Below are positions 39,800 through 52,384 of a DNA stretch of 64,000 bases, in pieces. Source of the stretch: Callorhinchus milii (taxonomy: Eukaryota); NCBI RefSeq assembly GCF_018977255.1, contig NW_024704743.1:40426001-40490000 (forward strand). Reading direction: 5' to 3'. The notes beneath the pieces are model-generated. The model did not search any database and had not been told where the DNA came from. It saw only the letters and a list, made by a program, of their open reading frames with translations. Position numbers and translations under genes: made by a program. Each line of letters begins with the position of its first letter. The first letter of the stretch is position 1.

Positions 39800-40370
39800 T
39801 TTATACACATACTGGGTTGTCAACCTTCAAAATCTTCACTATCACCTATAATTCCCTGCATGCCCTTGTTCTTCCCTATCTCTGTGACTTTTATCAGCCT
39901 CACTCTCCTGCTTGTTCCCTATATTTGTCAAAACTATGCATTTCTGTGCCAAAAAAAAATGGTCACTTCAATCCACAACTGTTTGTGGGATACTGCAGTG
40001 CACAATTGGCTGCCGCATTTTGCCCACAAAATATACAGTTAATTAACTTTACAGTATATTCTGTGAAGTGCTTTGCGAAGTCTCAAAAAGATGTGATAGG
40101 GCACCATATCAAATGCAAGGATTATTATTATTATTCTTCATCCCCTCTGCCCTGAAATTGGAGACTGAGCCTTCAGCAACTGTTACTCTATTTGGAACTC
40201 CCTCCCTAATTCCCTCTATCTTGTCCCCTCTCTATTTGTCTTTAACAGCCTTTTGAAAGCAAACCCCTTTCACCATGCGTATAGTCATCTCCATCCTGCC
40301 ATTCATACACCCTTCCTGCTTGATGTCTTCTAGCACAGTCTCTGAAGTGTTTAAAAAATATACCTTGTGT
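39800..40370 (+). mobile_element. Old L2 3' fragment interrupted by a 5'-truncated SINE (~39955-40135)
   Basis: The L2 peptide [21 protein letters not shown] precedes the SINE body and (ATT)n tail. L2 resumes after ~40135. Confidence 0.7.
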
Positions 40371-41924
40371 TAAAGGTGCTGATTAAACACATTATGTTAT
40401 AATTATTACCCACCTACTTAGATTACATTATGTCTATTTGATTTTTGAATATTAATTTTCTACTGATAATAAATCAAGCTAACAAAAGTGAAATAGGTTT
40501 TGATTAATTATTAATCAAATGTAGTGAGCCTGAAAATAAGCCATTGATCACTATCATATATATTACTGAATGAATGGCATTTATTTTTGTCAGGAAGCTA
40601 CATTTGTGGAAGTTGAATCTTCTCTTGATCGAAAATAACACCATTATTGGAACTGTTAATTTACCAAATCTCAAGGAGTACTAAATATTTTGATATCATT
40701 GGGGTTGTAATTACTCCCCATTTGTAAATTAATTAGACTTGGCAGTACATATGTATTTTGGAAAATCCCACTACAGTCCCACAGTACCAAGGGGTTGAAA
40801 GTCTATTGGACAAACGTAAGCTGAGCCGATGTTTAAGTGAGCAGAATGTGGGGTGGTAAAAATTCCGATATGATCACACTTTTAAGTATAGAAACGAGAA
40901 AATGGTACGCTTCAGGGCTAACCAGAACGTAAGTTTTTGAAGACAGCTATTCAATTCACTAAATTATTCAACGGCTTCTTGATCCCCAGCAATAAAAACA
41001 GAAAAAAAATCACTTTGTCAGTCTTCCATACAATCTGATACAAATATAAATTTTAATTTATATAGCGCCTTTCACAACGGATGGATATTGCAAGGTGTGT
41101 AACAATCCTGGCTTAGCAGCCAGACTGGGGGTGTGAGCCAAGGAGGGAGAAGGCAAAAGATGACTGAAAGTCAAAGAGTTAGGTCAAACCTTCCTAAGCA
41201 TGAAGCTGTTCATGGAACTCCCCTTTTATAACTTGATTAGCAAGCACAGTTAAGGACCTCCTATGCGTACTTGAAACTCTTCCAGCATAATGTGTTATCT
41301 TGTAAGATCAGCGTCATGACAAGTATATTCTATGAAGCGCTTTGAGACGTCTAGAAGAAGTAATAAGGCGTTATATCAAATGTAAGGATTATTACTACTT
41401 CCATGAATTGGTAAAGTTGGCTCTCCAACTTTTTGGTTGCAAATAAAATTGTTATTTAAAGTCTACACCAGAAATGCTAGGACATCACCACAGGCAATCC
41501 AATGCAACATTTTTACACCTTTAGATACTTTGATCTGTTCGGCTTTGTTTTTCCTCTGCTCAATATCAAACCATGCCACTGTACAGCACTCCATCACCCT
41601 ATCCTGTGCAAATGGTGCTATATTATTGTAAGTTGCTGTTATTACTCAAAACAAAGCTGTGGAATCAATGACTTCTCTGGTGGGAATTTAAGCACAGACA
41701 AACTTTAAGATAAACAAATAAATCATCTTCCATAACAACTATTCCTGTTATAAATGTAAGATTCTCCTGTTCTTGAAAGCTATATATTACATACAATTTG
41801 AAATAGCAAGTGCTTTGGGATGTCTCAATGACCTGATCAATTGCAAAGATTTTCAAGGGGAGTGTTGACAGGTGGATATTGTTCAAAAAGGGAATTGGGT
41901 TTCTCCCAGATAAAATTGATCATT

Positions 41925-42560
41925 CTTTTTTTTGGATCAACTGGGTGTCTGACACAAGCAGAAACCCATCACCATGCTTAAGAGTATCCAGACCAAACTG
42001 TGATATCCATGCATCCCACCTACACGTGGAAATCTCAGAGATAGATTGTTGGAACGGAATGCACATTCTCTCCCTGGAGGAACTCATCCTGCTTACACAA
42101 TTCGGGAAGTATTAGACACAGGCTGGCAAGAGCCAAGGCTTGGGGACCCCAGAGTGTGTGCTGAGGTACTGCTGGGGGCTAATCAGCTAAAACTGCAGAG
42201 CTTGACATTGATATCATTGTCTGGCAAGCTTTCCCACTGCTTGTCCAGCGAGGCACACCCTACGCATGAGGGCTTTGGCTTGCAGGGTTATCAGGAACTG
42301 GATGGGATGACTCCCTGCCCCCAGTGACTGGTCTTCCCTTCCAGGTCCTGCCAATGAGCTAGGCTGACTGTGCTGCCATCAGCAGTGACCTGAAACACTG
42401 TGGACCCAGCCTGGCTCAGGAACCAGACTACCAATACCGACACAGAGGTTTGGCTTGATTTCGACATTCCATTGCCAGGCATGTCACCTTGGAGCCAGTT
42501 CAGCTCCAAGGACCCACGCTTACCCCCCCAAACAGCCCTCCCCCCCCACCTCACAAGGAT
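41925..42560 (-). repeat. Family X, best-preserved copy
   Basis: Reference copy. T-run at ~41926-41933, then the reverse 3' terminus GGATCAACTGGGTGTCTGACAC. Confidence 0.88.
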
Positions 42561-43829
42561 GATAGAATTGATCGTTAACTTAATGGCTGTTTGTGGGACA
42601 TTGTGTCTAACAAATTGGCTGCATTGTTTAACTACAAATATACATTCATTGCACCTTACAGTAAATCCCATGAATCACTTTGAGATATAATCCCGGCGTG
42701 AAAAACTATATCAGATGCAAAGATTATTTCTAATTATTTTTAACAATCATATTATTCATAATAGGGGATAAATAACAGCCAGAAAAAGGAACTAATTGTT
42801 TTTTCTCTTTTGATTACAGTTATTGACTTGAACATTAAAAAGGTTAAAGGAAAATACAATAGCTGTTTGTATCCTCTTTATTAAAACGTACACTCAATTT
42901 ACTTTACCATATATACTGTGAAGCACTTTAAGAAATCTCGAAGACGTGATAAGCCGCTATATCAAATGCAAGAATTATTATTGTTATTATTATTATTCTA
43001 TTGGCATAGTATTTTGGCCTCTTTTTCATTTCCAATCACCACATCTTGCTACACCCATCCTCATTTCTCCTGTTACTATCTCTCAGGGGTACAGTATTTG
43101 CAAGAACAGAGTTACGTTTGATAAAAAATGTTTTTACCAGGTTTATAATACTCTGAGGTTTGTAAGAAAAAATAGTTAGGGAAAAAAGTCCCAATTTCAT
43201 GATAAAGATTCCTTCAGTTGAACATGGTGTTTTCTGTTACAGCCATTAATACTGGTGAACTATCAACAATGGTGAGAGCTGCATCTGCTTGTTGGAGTAA
43301 TTGAAACCTTCAATTCCAATGTTCAAACCACAGCGAACATATGACCGAATAACTTGAGCTGTAGTGCATGTGTTATTGAGATAAAAAGAAAAGCTGTGAT
43401 TTTTTAAACAAAACTGAAACGTTTCAAATCGCTGCAGATCAATCAACATCTGAGCAAAAGATAAAAAACACTTCCTCAATCAGAGGCTGATTAACCTGCT
43501 GTACGTTACTGGTCTTTGTTTTTTAGTGCACATTTGCCATCACTTGTTCTTAAACCCAAAACACATTCTGTCCTTTGCTGCATTATGAATTTCACATAAT
43601 GAACATTTTTCTCTAACGTTTCCCTCTTCCTCTTAAAGTATTTTGATTCCCTTTTCCTTATACCGGGGTACAGTTCATAGGCACCAGTCATCCTCTATAC
43701 ATCGCTATAATTCATGTGACAGCTTTGACAGGAAGCTATTTGAGAAAGGAGAGTGGTTGATCACATTCATGCACAATGTCTGCACACACACACACATTCC
43801 ACCATGGTTCCCTGAATAGTGAAATAGCG

Positions 43830-44133
43830 ATTTCAATATCCTCATACTCGTTTTTAAATCCCTTCTTGCCCTGGCACCTTTCTATCTCTCCGAACTGCTT
43901 ACTCCCCCACCTCACTACCCTCTGCCTCCGCTCAACTGGCTCTGGCCTTCTGCATTTCCTCGTGCCCTCGTTCCTCATTCCACCATCGACGGCCTGAAGA
44001 CCTTCCTCTTTGATGGTCCTACGGTCACCTCCACCCTCCTCCCGGCTCAGCGTCGTGCTCCAACAGTGTCAAGCGCTCTGGACGCTACCCTGCGTAAGGG
44101 GCGCTATATAAATGCAGGTTGTTGTTGGTGTTG
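43830..44133 (+). mobile_element. L2 3' fragment, second tail type
   Basis: Tail GCGCTCTGGACGCTACCCTGCGTAAGGGGCGCTATATAAATGCAGGTTGTTGTTG. Confidence 0.8.
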
Positions 44134-44752
44134 ATAGCGATGAGAAGTGGAGAGGCCAAGAATAGTGCTCTAATTACTGCCACAGTTGAGATCAGCGAAC
44201 TCAGCATACACTCGATTTGATTTTAATCATCCTGTCAGTCTGTATTGCCTTATGTTCACCAGGTGATGGCTGTAATCAAATTTCAGAAGCATCCAAAACA
44301 AAATCTGAATCTGAAATCTGATTGAGTTTAAATGTATTGTCAGTCGTATCCTCCAACAATCAAAAGAAGGTTCAATGAACCGAATAGCCTCTTTCTGTAT
44401 TGTAAAATGTATAAATCTAAGTTATAGCAACAACACCAATAACATTATTTTTTGTAGTGCTTTACATGTAGGGTAATTTATTGGAGTACTTCAAAAAGAC
44501 AGAGCCAGACACCGAGCAAGTGAGGAGAGGAGAGGAAGGTAGGAATGGTCGATGAGGTAGATTTATAGGTGGGATCTAAACAGTGATAGATACAGGGTCA
44601 GATTAAGGGAATTCCAGCGGATAGGGGTAGAGCTTCTGAAGGCTTGGCTGCCAAAGGTGGATCAAAGGGGTTTGGGGGGTGTACAGCAAGCCCAAGGTAG
44701 CTGAGCGGAGGGACGAGCAGAGAATGAAGAAAGACAATTGCAAAGAAAGGGA

Positions 44753-45495
44753 GTTTTTATTCGCTGGTTGTCTGACACATGCAGAAAGGCTATCACCAGG
44801 CTTGAGTACCCAAACCAAACTGAGCGTTCCATGTATCTCATTTACACATAGAAATTCCTGTGTATTGGCATGGAATGTGGACTCCTCCATGGATAAACGC
44901 ATACTATTTACCTAATTTCAGAGAACATTAGACTCAGGTTGGCAAGAACCAAAACTTAGAGATCCCAGAGTGTGTGTTGGGCTACAACTGGAATTTAACC
45001 AGCTAAACCACCCTATTGTGAACAATCTGGCAAACTATAAAAATAATAATAATAATCCTTGCATTTGATGTAGCGCTTTTCACGTCTTCTAGACTTCTCA
45101 AAACGCTTCACAGAATATGCTGTAAAGTGAATTGACTGTATATTTGTGGGCGAAACGCGGCAGCCAATTGCACACAGCAGTGTCCCACAAACAGTCGTGG
45201 ATTGAAAATGAGCAATTTATTATTGTTTTATTAAACTTTCCTGCTTCTTGTCTAGCTAGGACCATTCTACCCATTAAGGCTTTGGCGAGCAGAGTTAACA
45301 GGAGGTGAGTGGGAAGAGTCACTACCCCCAGTGACTGGTCTGCCCTTCCAAGTCCTACCAATAAGCCAAGGTGGCTGGCCTGTCAACACCAGTGCCCTGA
45401 AGTACTTGAAACCCACCTGGTTCAAGAGCTCGACAACCGAGAGCACCAGTTAAGCTCCAAGGAGAACCCATTGATCTCTCCCCTCCCCAGGAGGA
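44753..45495 (-). repeat. Family X copy interrupted by a 5'-truncated SINE (45037-45232)
   Basis: Colinear with 41925-42560 on both sides of the SINE. AAACT is duplicated at 45032-45036 and 45233-45237. Confidence 0.85.
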
Positions 45496-46852
45496 TATAG
45501 ATTGGGAGATTCTAGGAAGTGAGAATCTGTGGGAAAAGTTAATAATAATGATAATAATCATAATAGTCCTTGTATAAGACATAGCACTTTATCAAGTTTT
45601 CAAGACGTTTCAAAGCACTTCAAAGGAGTATACTGTAAAGTGAATTGATTGTATATTTTGTGGGAAAAGCCCGGAAGTTATCATAGGATTCAATTTTATA
45701 GATACATACACCAAATAGCAGTTCCATGATGTGGTCTTTCAAACAATAATGGAAAACAATAACTCATTCCTCATGGTCAAACTGATAGGTCTGTCATATT
45801 TCTTTCAGAATCACCCACATCAATTTTATGTTTTGTTTTACCCTCGATAAGAGGCAGTGGTAGGTAAGCAGCAGTGATCAAAGGAATCTTTCAATGGTTC
45901 TATTGTATCTAAAAAAGAATAATATGCGTAAATTAAATCCTTTTCATAACGGAAAAGGATGATTGCTGGAGGACGATTGAAGGACATAAGGACTAAATTT
46001 AAGGTTAGAACTAGAAACGTAAAAAGGGAAAATTAAGATTTTTCTCCCTCAGGGGTTATAAGAGCATTGAATAATTTACAAGGGCTAGCTGTTGGTTCAG
46101 CGGCATTTTCAAGGGAGTTAGATAAATTACATGCAGAAGAAAGTATTCGAAACTTCACAGGGTAATCGGAAGGAATTGGGATTAAGAGAGGTGGCTTCAT
46201 TGAAGAGGCAAACACAGCAACTTCAACTTGAATTTATATAACATCATTCACACAGGAGAGTATCTTGGAACCCTGAAAGCATCCTATAAGTAACAAATAC
46301 AGTGAATTTAATTATTTTCTACAATTGTAGATTGCTGTGATTCTATGGTTCAGGTCAAACAGTATGAGGCAATATCCAAATTCAGCATCTTCATTTTTTC
46401 CAAGGTGTTTTAGTTATGAATGTGATTACTATAAAAATGGCAATGAATGCATTTGGGTTTGTTATCAAACATTTCACAAGATTACAAGAGGTGCACAGAT
46501 TTAAAAAATCATTTGGTTCATTTGATGCCCGTTTTCTAGACAACCCATCCTACTGTCTTACCATTACCACATTAGTTTTTTTCTCAAATGTGCTTAGTTT
46601 TCCTGGTCTCTTCTGCCCTTCCTGATAAAACCATCCAGCTATTAATTGATCTCTGTATACAGAAATATTCTTGGCGACTGTCTGAAATTGTCCTTCACAA
46701 TCCAGAATACTGGACTCCTGGAAACTCTCTGGGGAAGACGGTTTGAATACAATGTTCCTATGGGTTAGCATGATGTACTACCGATTAGTAGTATGAGTCA
46801 CCTTATTAAGAAATGCTACAAAATAAACCCCATTATCAAATATTCCATCGAC

Positions 46853-46875
46853 ATATATATATATATATATATATA
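46853..46875. repeat. (TA)n microsatellite
   Basis: Directly visible. Confidence 0.9.
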
Positions 46876-48987
46876 CATGTGGATGAAAGGGAAAGTAGTT
46901 ACCAAGGTCATATCTATCCAAAGATATCTAACTTTCCTGTTGTCTTCAAATAACTTTGTCATAATGGTTTCAAGTGATCACTTACTTGCCTTTATATTTC
47001 AATAAAGGTTTCATGCACTTATCTCTTCTTCTAAAGATTCATGTCAGTCGATAAGAAACATTCCGTTTTCATGGAAGTCCAAAAATAGACCTATTGTTGT
47101 TCAGGAGACTATATAATGAATGTCTAGTGCATTATTGTGTATTCAATAAAAGTTTGATGAAGATGTGCACTAAGATAAAAATAATTTGACAGCAATGATC
47201 AAACTTCTTTTACTATTAACTTTTTATAAAGAAAAGTAAGTGTTCTGTAAATATTATATCCCAAATTTTCTGCTCTCTGGACTCTGTTTTGGGATACGCC
47301 AACAAAATACACAGTCATTACACTTTATAGTATGTTCTGTGTAGCACTTTGAAATGCTTCGAAGACGTGATATGGCGCTATATCAATTTCTAGGATTATT
47401 AATAGGATTATTATTATATACTGATCTCTGGGTGCTGGCAGCTCTGCAGCAAGTCCAAATAGCCACTGTTTATATAAAAAAATGTGTGTTGACAGGTTAT
47501 TCAATTATGGAGCTCATAACAGAGCTTAATCCTGTTCTCTGCTGACATTGCAAGATTAAATATGAGGGTTCACTGAATCATTGAATCTGGAAAGGGAACC
47601 CATTCTGAAATTGCTCCCTCACTAGCTCAGGCAATAAGGCCACTACTGACAAAACCACATGCTATCCCAGTTGTGTCTGCACACACAAAGAACCTGCTGA
47701 ATGTTGGTCAGTATGATCAGAGCTACCCTGAGCTTTGGCTTTATCCATTATCTCATTGGGTAAAGCCATAAAGCCTTGGGGTTTACAAAGTAATTTGAAG
47801 TTCTTCATGGTTGCCTTAAACACTTGAGAGCTTTTCATGTCTCAGAGGAAAATCATGTCAAGAAGACTGAAAATTTATTATCAATATATTGAAAGAGCTG
47901 TTGAATTTGACAATAATTATTGGGACAGTGTGTAATGGTGCCCATTTATTGTGCATTTTACCATATCAAGGACATATTGTATCAACATATCCTTTAAAAA
48001 TATATTATAACATATCAAGGACCATCATCAAGGACTTCTGTGCTGCTGGTCACCTTCCTGTGTTTATATCGCACCTTTCATGTCAGTACCAAAGCCCTGA
48101 ACTACAATGACAATAATTGTAAAACGTGCAGAGCTGACTGATGTCAATCAGACTTTCGTAGGGATGCTCCAATTGGCCACAGTTCCGCAGGCCAATGAGG
48201 GAAAATATCAGGCAAGACTACTCCTAATTGTTTATTTAGTAATCCCTGCTGGTAAGAGTTTGTGTGGAATAGGACATCACTGGTCTTGAATCTGATGCCT
48301 CATTGGTTTGTGAATGACCTAATTGCTGTCCAATACTTTATCCTGCATGAATAGAATGTGTGCAATTCACTGCCCTGCTCCCCCCACACCATAGTTGAAG
48401 AAATCTGTTAAGTTGAACACATAACATATAGTCACTTGGGTTGAGTTTTGGATAGCTGCTGCCAAGCATATCAGTTAACACACTCAGAAAAATGATTGGA
48501 AAAAAATTGGTGGGGAGAAAAATCTCAGTGATAAACAGCGCGCACAGCTTTTTATCATTGCTATTAAATTAGATGTGCGCTTGTAGTTTTTCTACATTTC
48601 CCATTAAATCTTTTTTAATTTATTTCCCATAGCTGCCGAGAATTTTCCTGAATTACAAGCAGCAGCTCCGACGTAAAATAATGATAGGTTCTCAAGTGAA
48701 GAGAGACTGTGTTAGAAAATAAAATCTTCTTTTTGAGTTCCAATCAAACACAACCACTGTTTGCAACCACAAAAAGTGTATATTCTAACAACTGTTCATC
48801 CAATGTCAGATTTACAATGGCCCACAGACAATTAGTTGCTCCCTTCAGGTTTGCTGGGCAACTTATTAAGGTGCATATTACATAGAACACCCTTGTTGCT
48901 GTGTAAGAATAGCATGTAAAAGTCTTTGATAAGCTTATTAGAGAATGATGTGTTTTCTTGTGTGAAAACATTTTTTTTTACTTGACA

Positions 48988-49512
48988 TTTTTTAAAATAT
49001 AGATTTATTTATAAATATAATATTTAGTACAACAGAAATCCAAAATAGACACAAAATCTTCTGTTACAATTGTTTTCCTTTTCTCCCGATACAGAAAACA
49101 TTCCGTTGTTTGCAGTACATTCCTTCCCCCCCCATCAGTTGTGCACACGTTTTTTGGGACGCTCCCTTTAACGCGGTCGGGAGTCGCCCCGTGTATATCA
49201 CATTCATGTCCATGTTCGCACACACTCTGATAAGATACACTTGCCTCTTTCGGTAGGTGCCCCGATGTGCACCATACGTGCACATTTTTACCGTATGTAC
49301 ATTTTGGGGATGTTCTTTGGTTACATCTCGAGCGTCCTTCTGTACCTTTGCTTCAGTCAGTTTTGAGTGTGCTCGTGGGCTACCCGGTGGGTGCGGCCCT
49401 GAGTGGGTTGTGCCACAGCAGCTCCTGCCGGGGTCAAGCCCCATCGGGCCTTTGCCGTGGTTGAGCTGAACTTCAGCTTGTTCCTCAGTGTGTAGTCACT
49501 GATCCTACACCA
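48988..49512 (-). mobile_element. Tx1-like (L1 group) non-LTR retrotransposon, extreme ORF2 C-terminus plus 3' UTR
   Basis: Peptide CRISDYTLRNKLKFSSTTAKARWG resembles, from memory, the DYVLRDxLKxGxxxAKAxWG C-terminus of vertebrate Tx1-type ORF2. AATAAA (49009-49004) precedes a short A run. CpGs are retained. Confidence 0.65.
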
Positions 49513-50829
49513 AAGATCAAATGTACAGACATTAAACTGAAGACATATATTTGATAAACTCTGCAAAACCTCCATTCAATCACCCATTTTACAAGCTATG
49601 AATAAATTCTGTTTACTTGTTTAATTCATAATTGATTAAAAACATACTTATGGGATGCTAATCAAAGGTTTTGTGAAAAGCATTTTATTTTACATTTTAT
49701 TAAACTATATTTAGGATTAAATATAGCAACAAACAACACAAAGGTGGTTTATAAATCATACAAATCCACGCACACAAACATAACAACACACATTACAGTT
49801 TGACATTTGACACAATTTATAACTCTCAGGGGACAATGAATAAATTTCAATGAATTTATCATTGTAGGAGGAACAGCTGGACAATGAATTAGGGGACTAT
49901 ATCTGTTGGCATATAAATTGGCAGGCATTCAATTCAATCTTTGCTTTTTGGTCAGCCGGGTGTCTGACACATGCGGATCCATCAGAATAGCCAAATTGAG
50001 ATTTCCATGCAGTCCACCTGAATAGCTCATTCAAACTCATTCAAACTGTGCTTTATACCAGTAAACTAAAAGGACACCAGAGGCAGATAATTTGATGGTC
50101 CTAGTTTTAAGACCGTAGTTTTAAAATGTAAAGTAGTGCAGAATTGAGAATTTCTTTGAAATTCAGTTTTAATTTTTAAGTTTTTTTCCCACAGCTCGGT
50201 TTTGGCTTCCAAATTAATATTGAATTTAAGAATTTCACAAAAATTGTGCACAATCTTACATTTTGAGACAATGATCTTAAACCTAAGAACATAATAAATG
50301 TTGGGTTCCAAATCGCTTGGGACAAAGGAGGTTTCCAGGGTTGTGTGTTGGGATTACTCCAGCTCTCGTGCTGGACCTGCAGATTGATAGTAAGCATTCT
50401 CATTGTGGTACAAACCTGTGCCACCAGATAACAGAAATGGAAGGTCAGCAGGTGAACTCTAACACTAAACTGTTTGTTGTACTGCAAAAAAATATCCAGA
50501 AATGTGTTCAAATTGCTCGAAGGTGATTGACGCAATATAAACCAACATTTCTGGAAAGTATAATAGTAAGCTAGAAAAAAAATCACATAATATACATAAT
50601 ATTAAGTCAATGGGGATAAATTATATCTGCCTTTTTATATTGATTTTGTTTATATGGTATTTTGTATAGCATTACTGAATTCAAAAGACATTACAGAAAG
50701 TCAGCTTCATAATTAAGTCTATTTAACAATTTGCTAAATTCTAGACATTCCAAAATAGATAGAATAAGTATAGACAAGTGAGGAATTTCTTTCCTCATCT
50801 ATTTTAAAGGACTTTTGCATGACACAAGT

Positions 50830-51203
50830 AATAATAATAATCCTGATATTTGATATTGCACCTTATCACACCTTCAAGATGTCGCAAAGCATTTCACAGA
50901 ATATACTGTAAAGTGAATTGATTGTATGTTTTGTGGGCGAATTGCGGCAGACATTTGTTCACAGCAGTGTCCCATAAACAGTCGTAGATTATGTGATCAA
51001 ATTATTAATATTTTTTGAAGGGACTATTACCCCTGGAAAACGATCCACCAATTGACTGACAACCAGGTTCCTACTTACTGCTCGGTAAACTGAGGCTTGT
51101 GGAGTAAGGAAACTAGCCCAACGTTTCGCCCAGCCCGGGAATCGAATCCAGGTCCTCTCGGTTGTGAGGTGAGTGCTCTAACCACTAAGCTACAGGACTC
51201 CAC
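50830..51203 (-). mobile_element. Intermediate long-form tRNA SINE, full length
   Basis: Reverse strand reads GTGGAGTCCTGTAGCTTAGTGGTTAGAGC...GATTCGATTCCCGG, then the extra domain GCCTCAGTTTACCGAGCAGTAAGTAGGAACCTGG, the Deu-type 3' body and (ATT)n. Confidence 0.92.
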
Positions 51204-52199
51204 AATACAATACAGGATGGAAAATGTAGTGATTTTGAATGGAATTCCTTAATCAAATTGACCCACTGGAACTGTGCTCTGACTTATTGGACTTTCAGAG
51301 CGGAGTTCCTGTGGGTCAGTGTGACTCACCTTTGGTTATTGGAATATATCCCTGTTGCTACTCAGAGTCATCACTTTGTAGACCTGAATGCCAGATTACC
51401 ACTTTTTTGGGATCCTATCCTTCATGGGGATGGTGTAACACCTCGATTAGCTTTTACGTTAAGTTGAATTTGCAATCGCAGTTTATTTCACTGCCTTTAA
51501 CAGTCAGTCACACAGAATTGTTCTTAAATCTACCATGTTTCTGACCTGAAAGGTTTAAACTAAGTGTATCACTCCAATAATTAAATATAAACATTTTAGA
51601 ACCAATAGTGCCATGAGCAACGACCTTGTAAATTCCTACAAGTCCCCCAAGTGTGACCAATTTTCAGAACACTCTAACGGGAACTCAATCATAACTTCGA
51701 GAATACCATTAATTTCAAACATGAAATATTGGAACTCCTCCAAAACAAGAGAACCCCAGGAGAATTTATTTCACTCGCATTTTGCCAAAATCGCTGACAT
51801 TTTATTTCCAAAGGTTGCAGAATTTTATACGAATATATAATAGTAATTAAAAGGTTAATTGTAATTATCAGATTTGTAACATGCTTTAACCTACAATAAT
51901 TGCAGGGTAAGTTTGCCATGATGAGAGATTAGTGTAGACATTTGAAATTATAAACATTACTAAAAATGTAACGAAACATTTTTTCTTCTTATGCCATTTT
52001 TTGCTTCAGGCATTTCCTCTCCTTTTTTCAATTCAAGGCATTTGACTTCCTTTCTTCTAAGCCTAGTTTGGCAGATGCCATAACTTGTTCAATTTATTGA
52101 ACCTCAACAACTCTTCAATGGAATTCCTTTATCCAATTGAAATCAAGGTATATCCAAGGCTATTTGTTCCATATATCCTAAAATTGGAATGAACTACTG

Positions 52200-52355
52200 C
52201 ATTCGATAGATTCAATAGGGAGAAACAATGTCTACTGGTCAGTGAGTCAGTGAATAGAGAGCATCAATTTAAGATAATTAGCAAAGGTAGCAAAGGGGAG
52301 ATTAGGAAGAATGTATTTTACCCACACAGTTGTTGGGATTTGGTATGCTTTCCAG
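52200..52355 (+). mobile_element. Short degraded CR1 fragment
   Basis: Peptide REHQFKIISKGSKGEIRKNVF is comparable to the CR1 segment HSFKIRGQPFRTELRKHFF. Confidence 0.6.
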
Positions 52356-52384
52356 GTGCTGAGATCTTACACTGCTGTGAGTCA

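Noticed and set aside
49064..49470. CpG-island promoter or 126-aa gene
   Set aside because: Better explained as the 3' UTR of a Tx1-like element, given the terminal peptide, AATAAA and A run.
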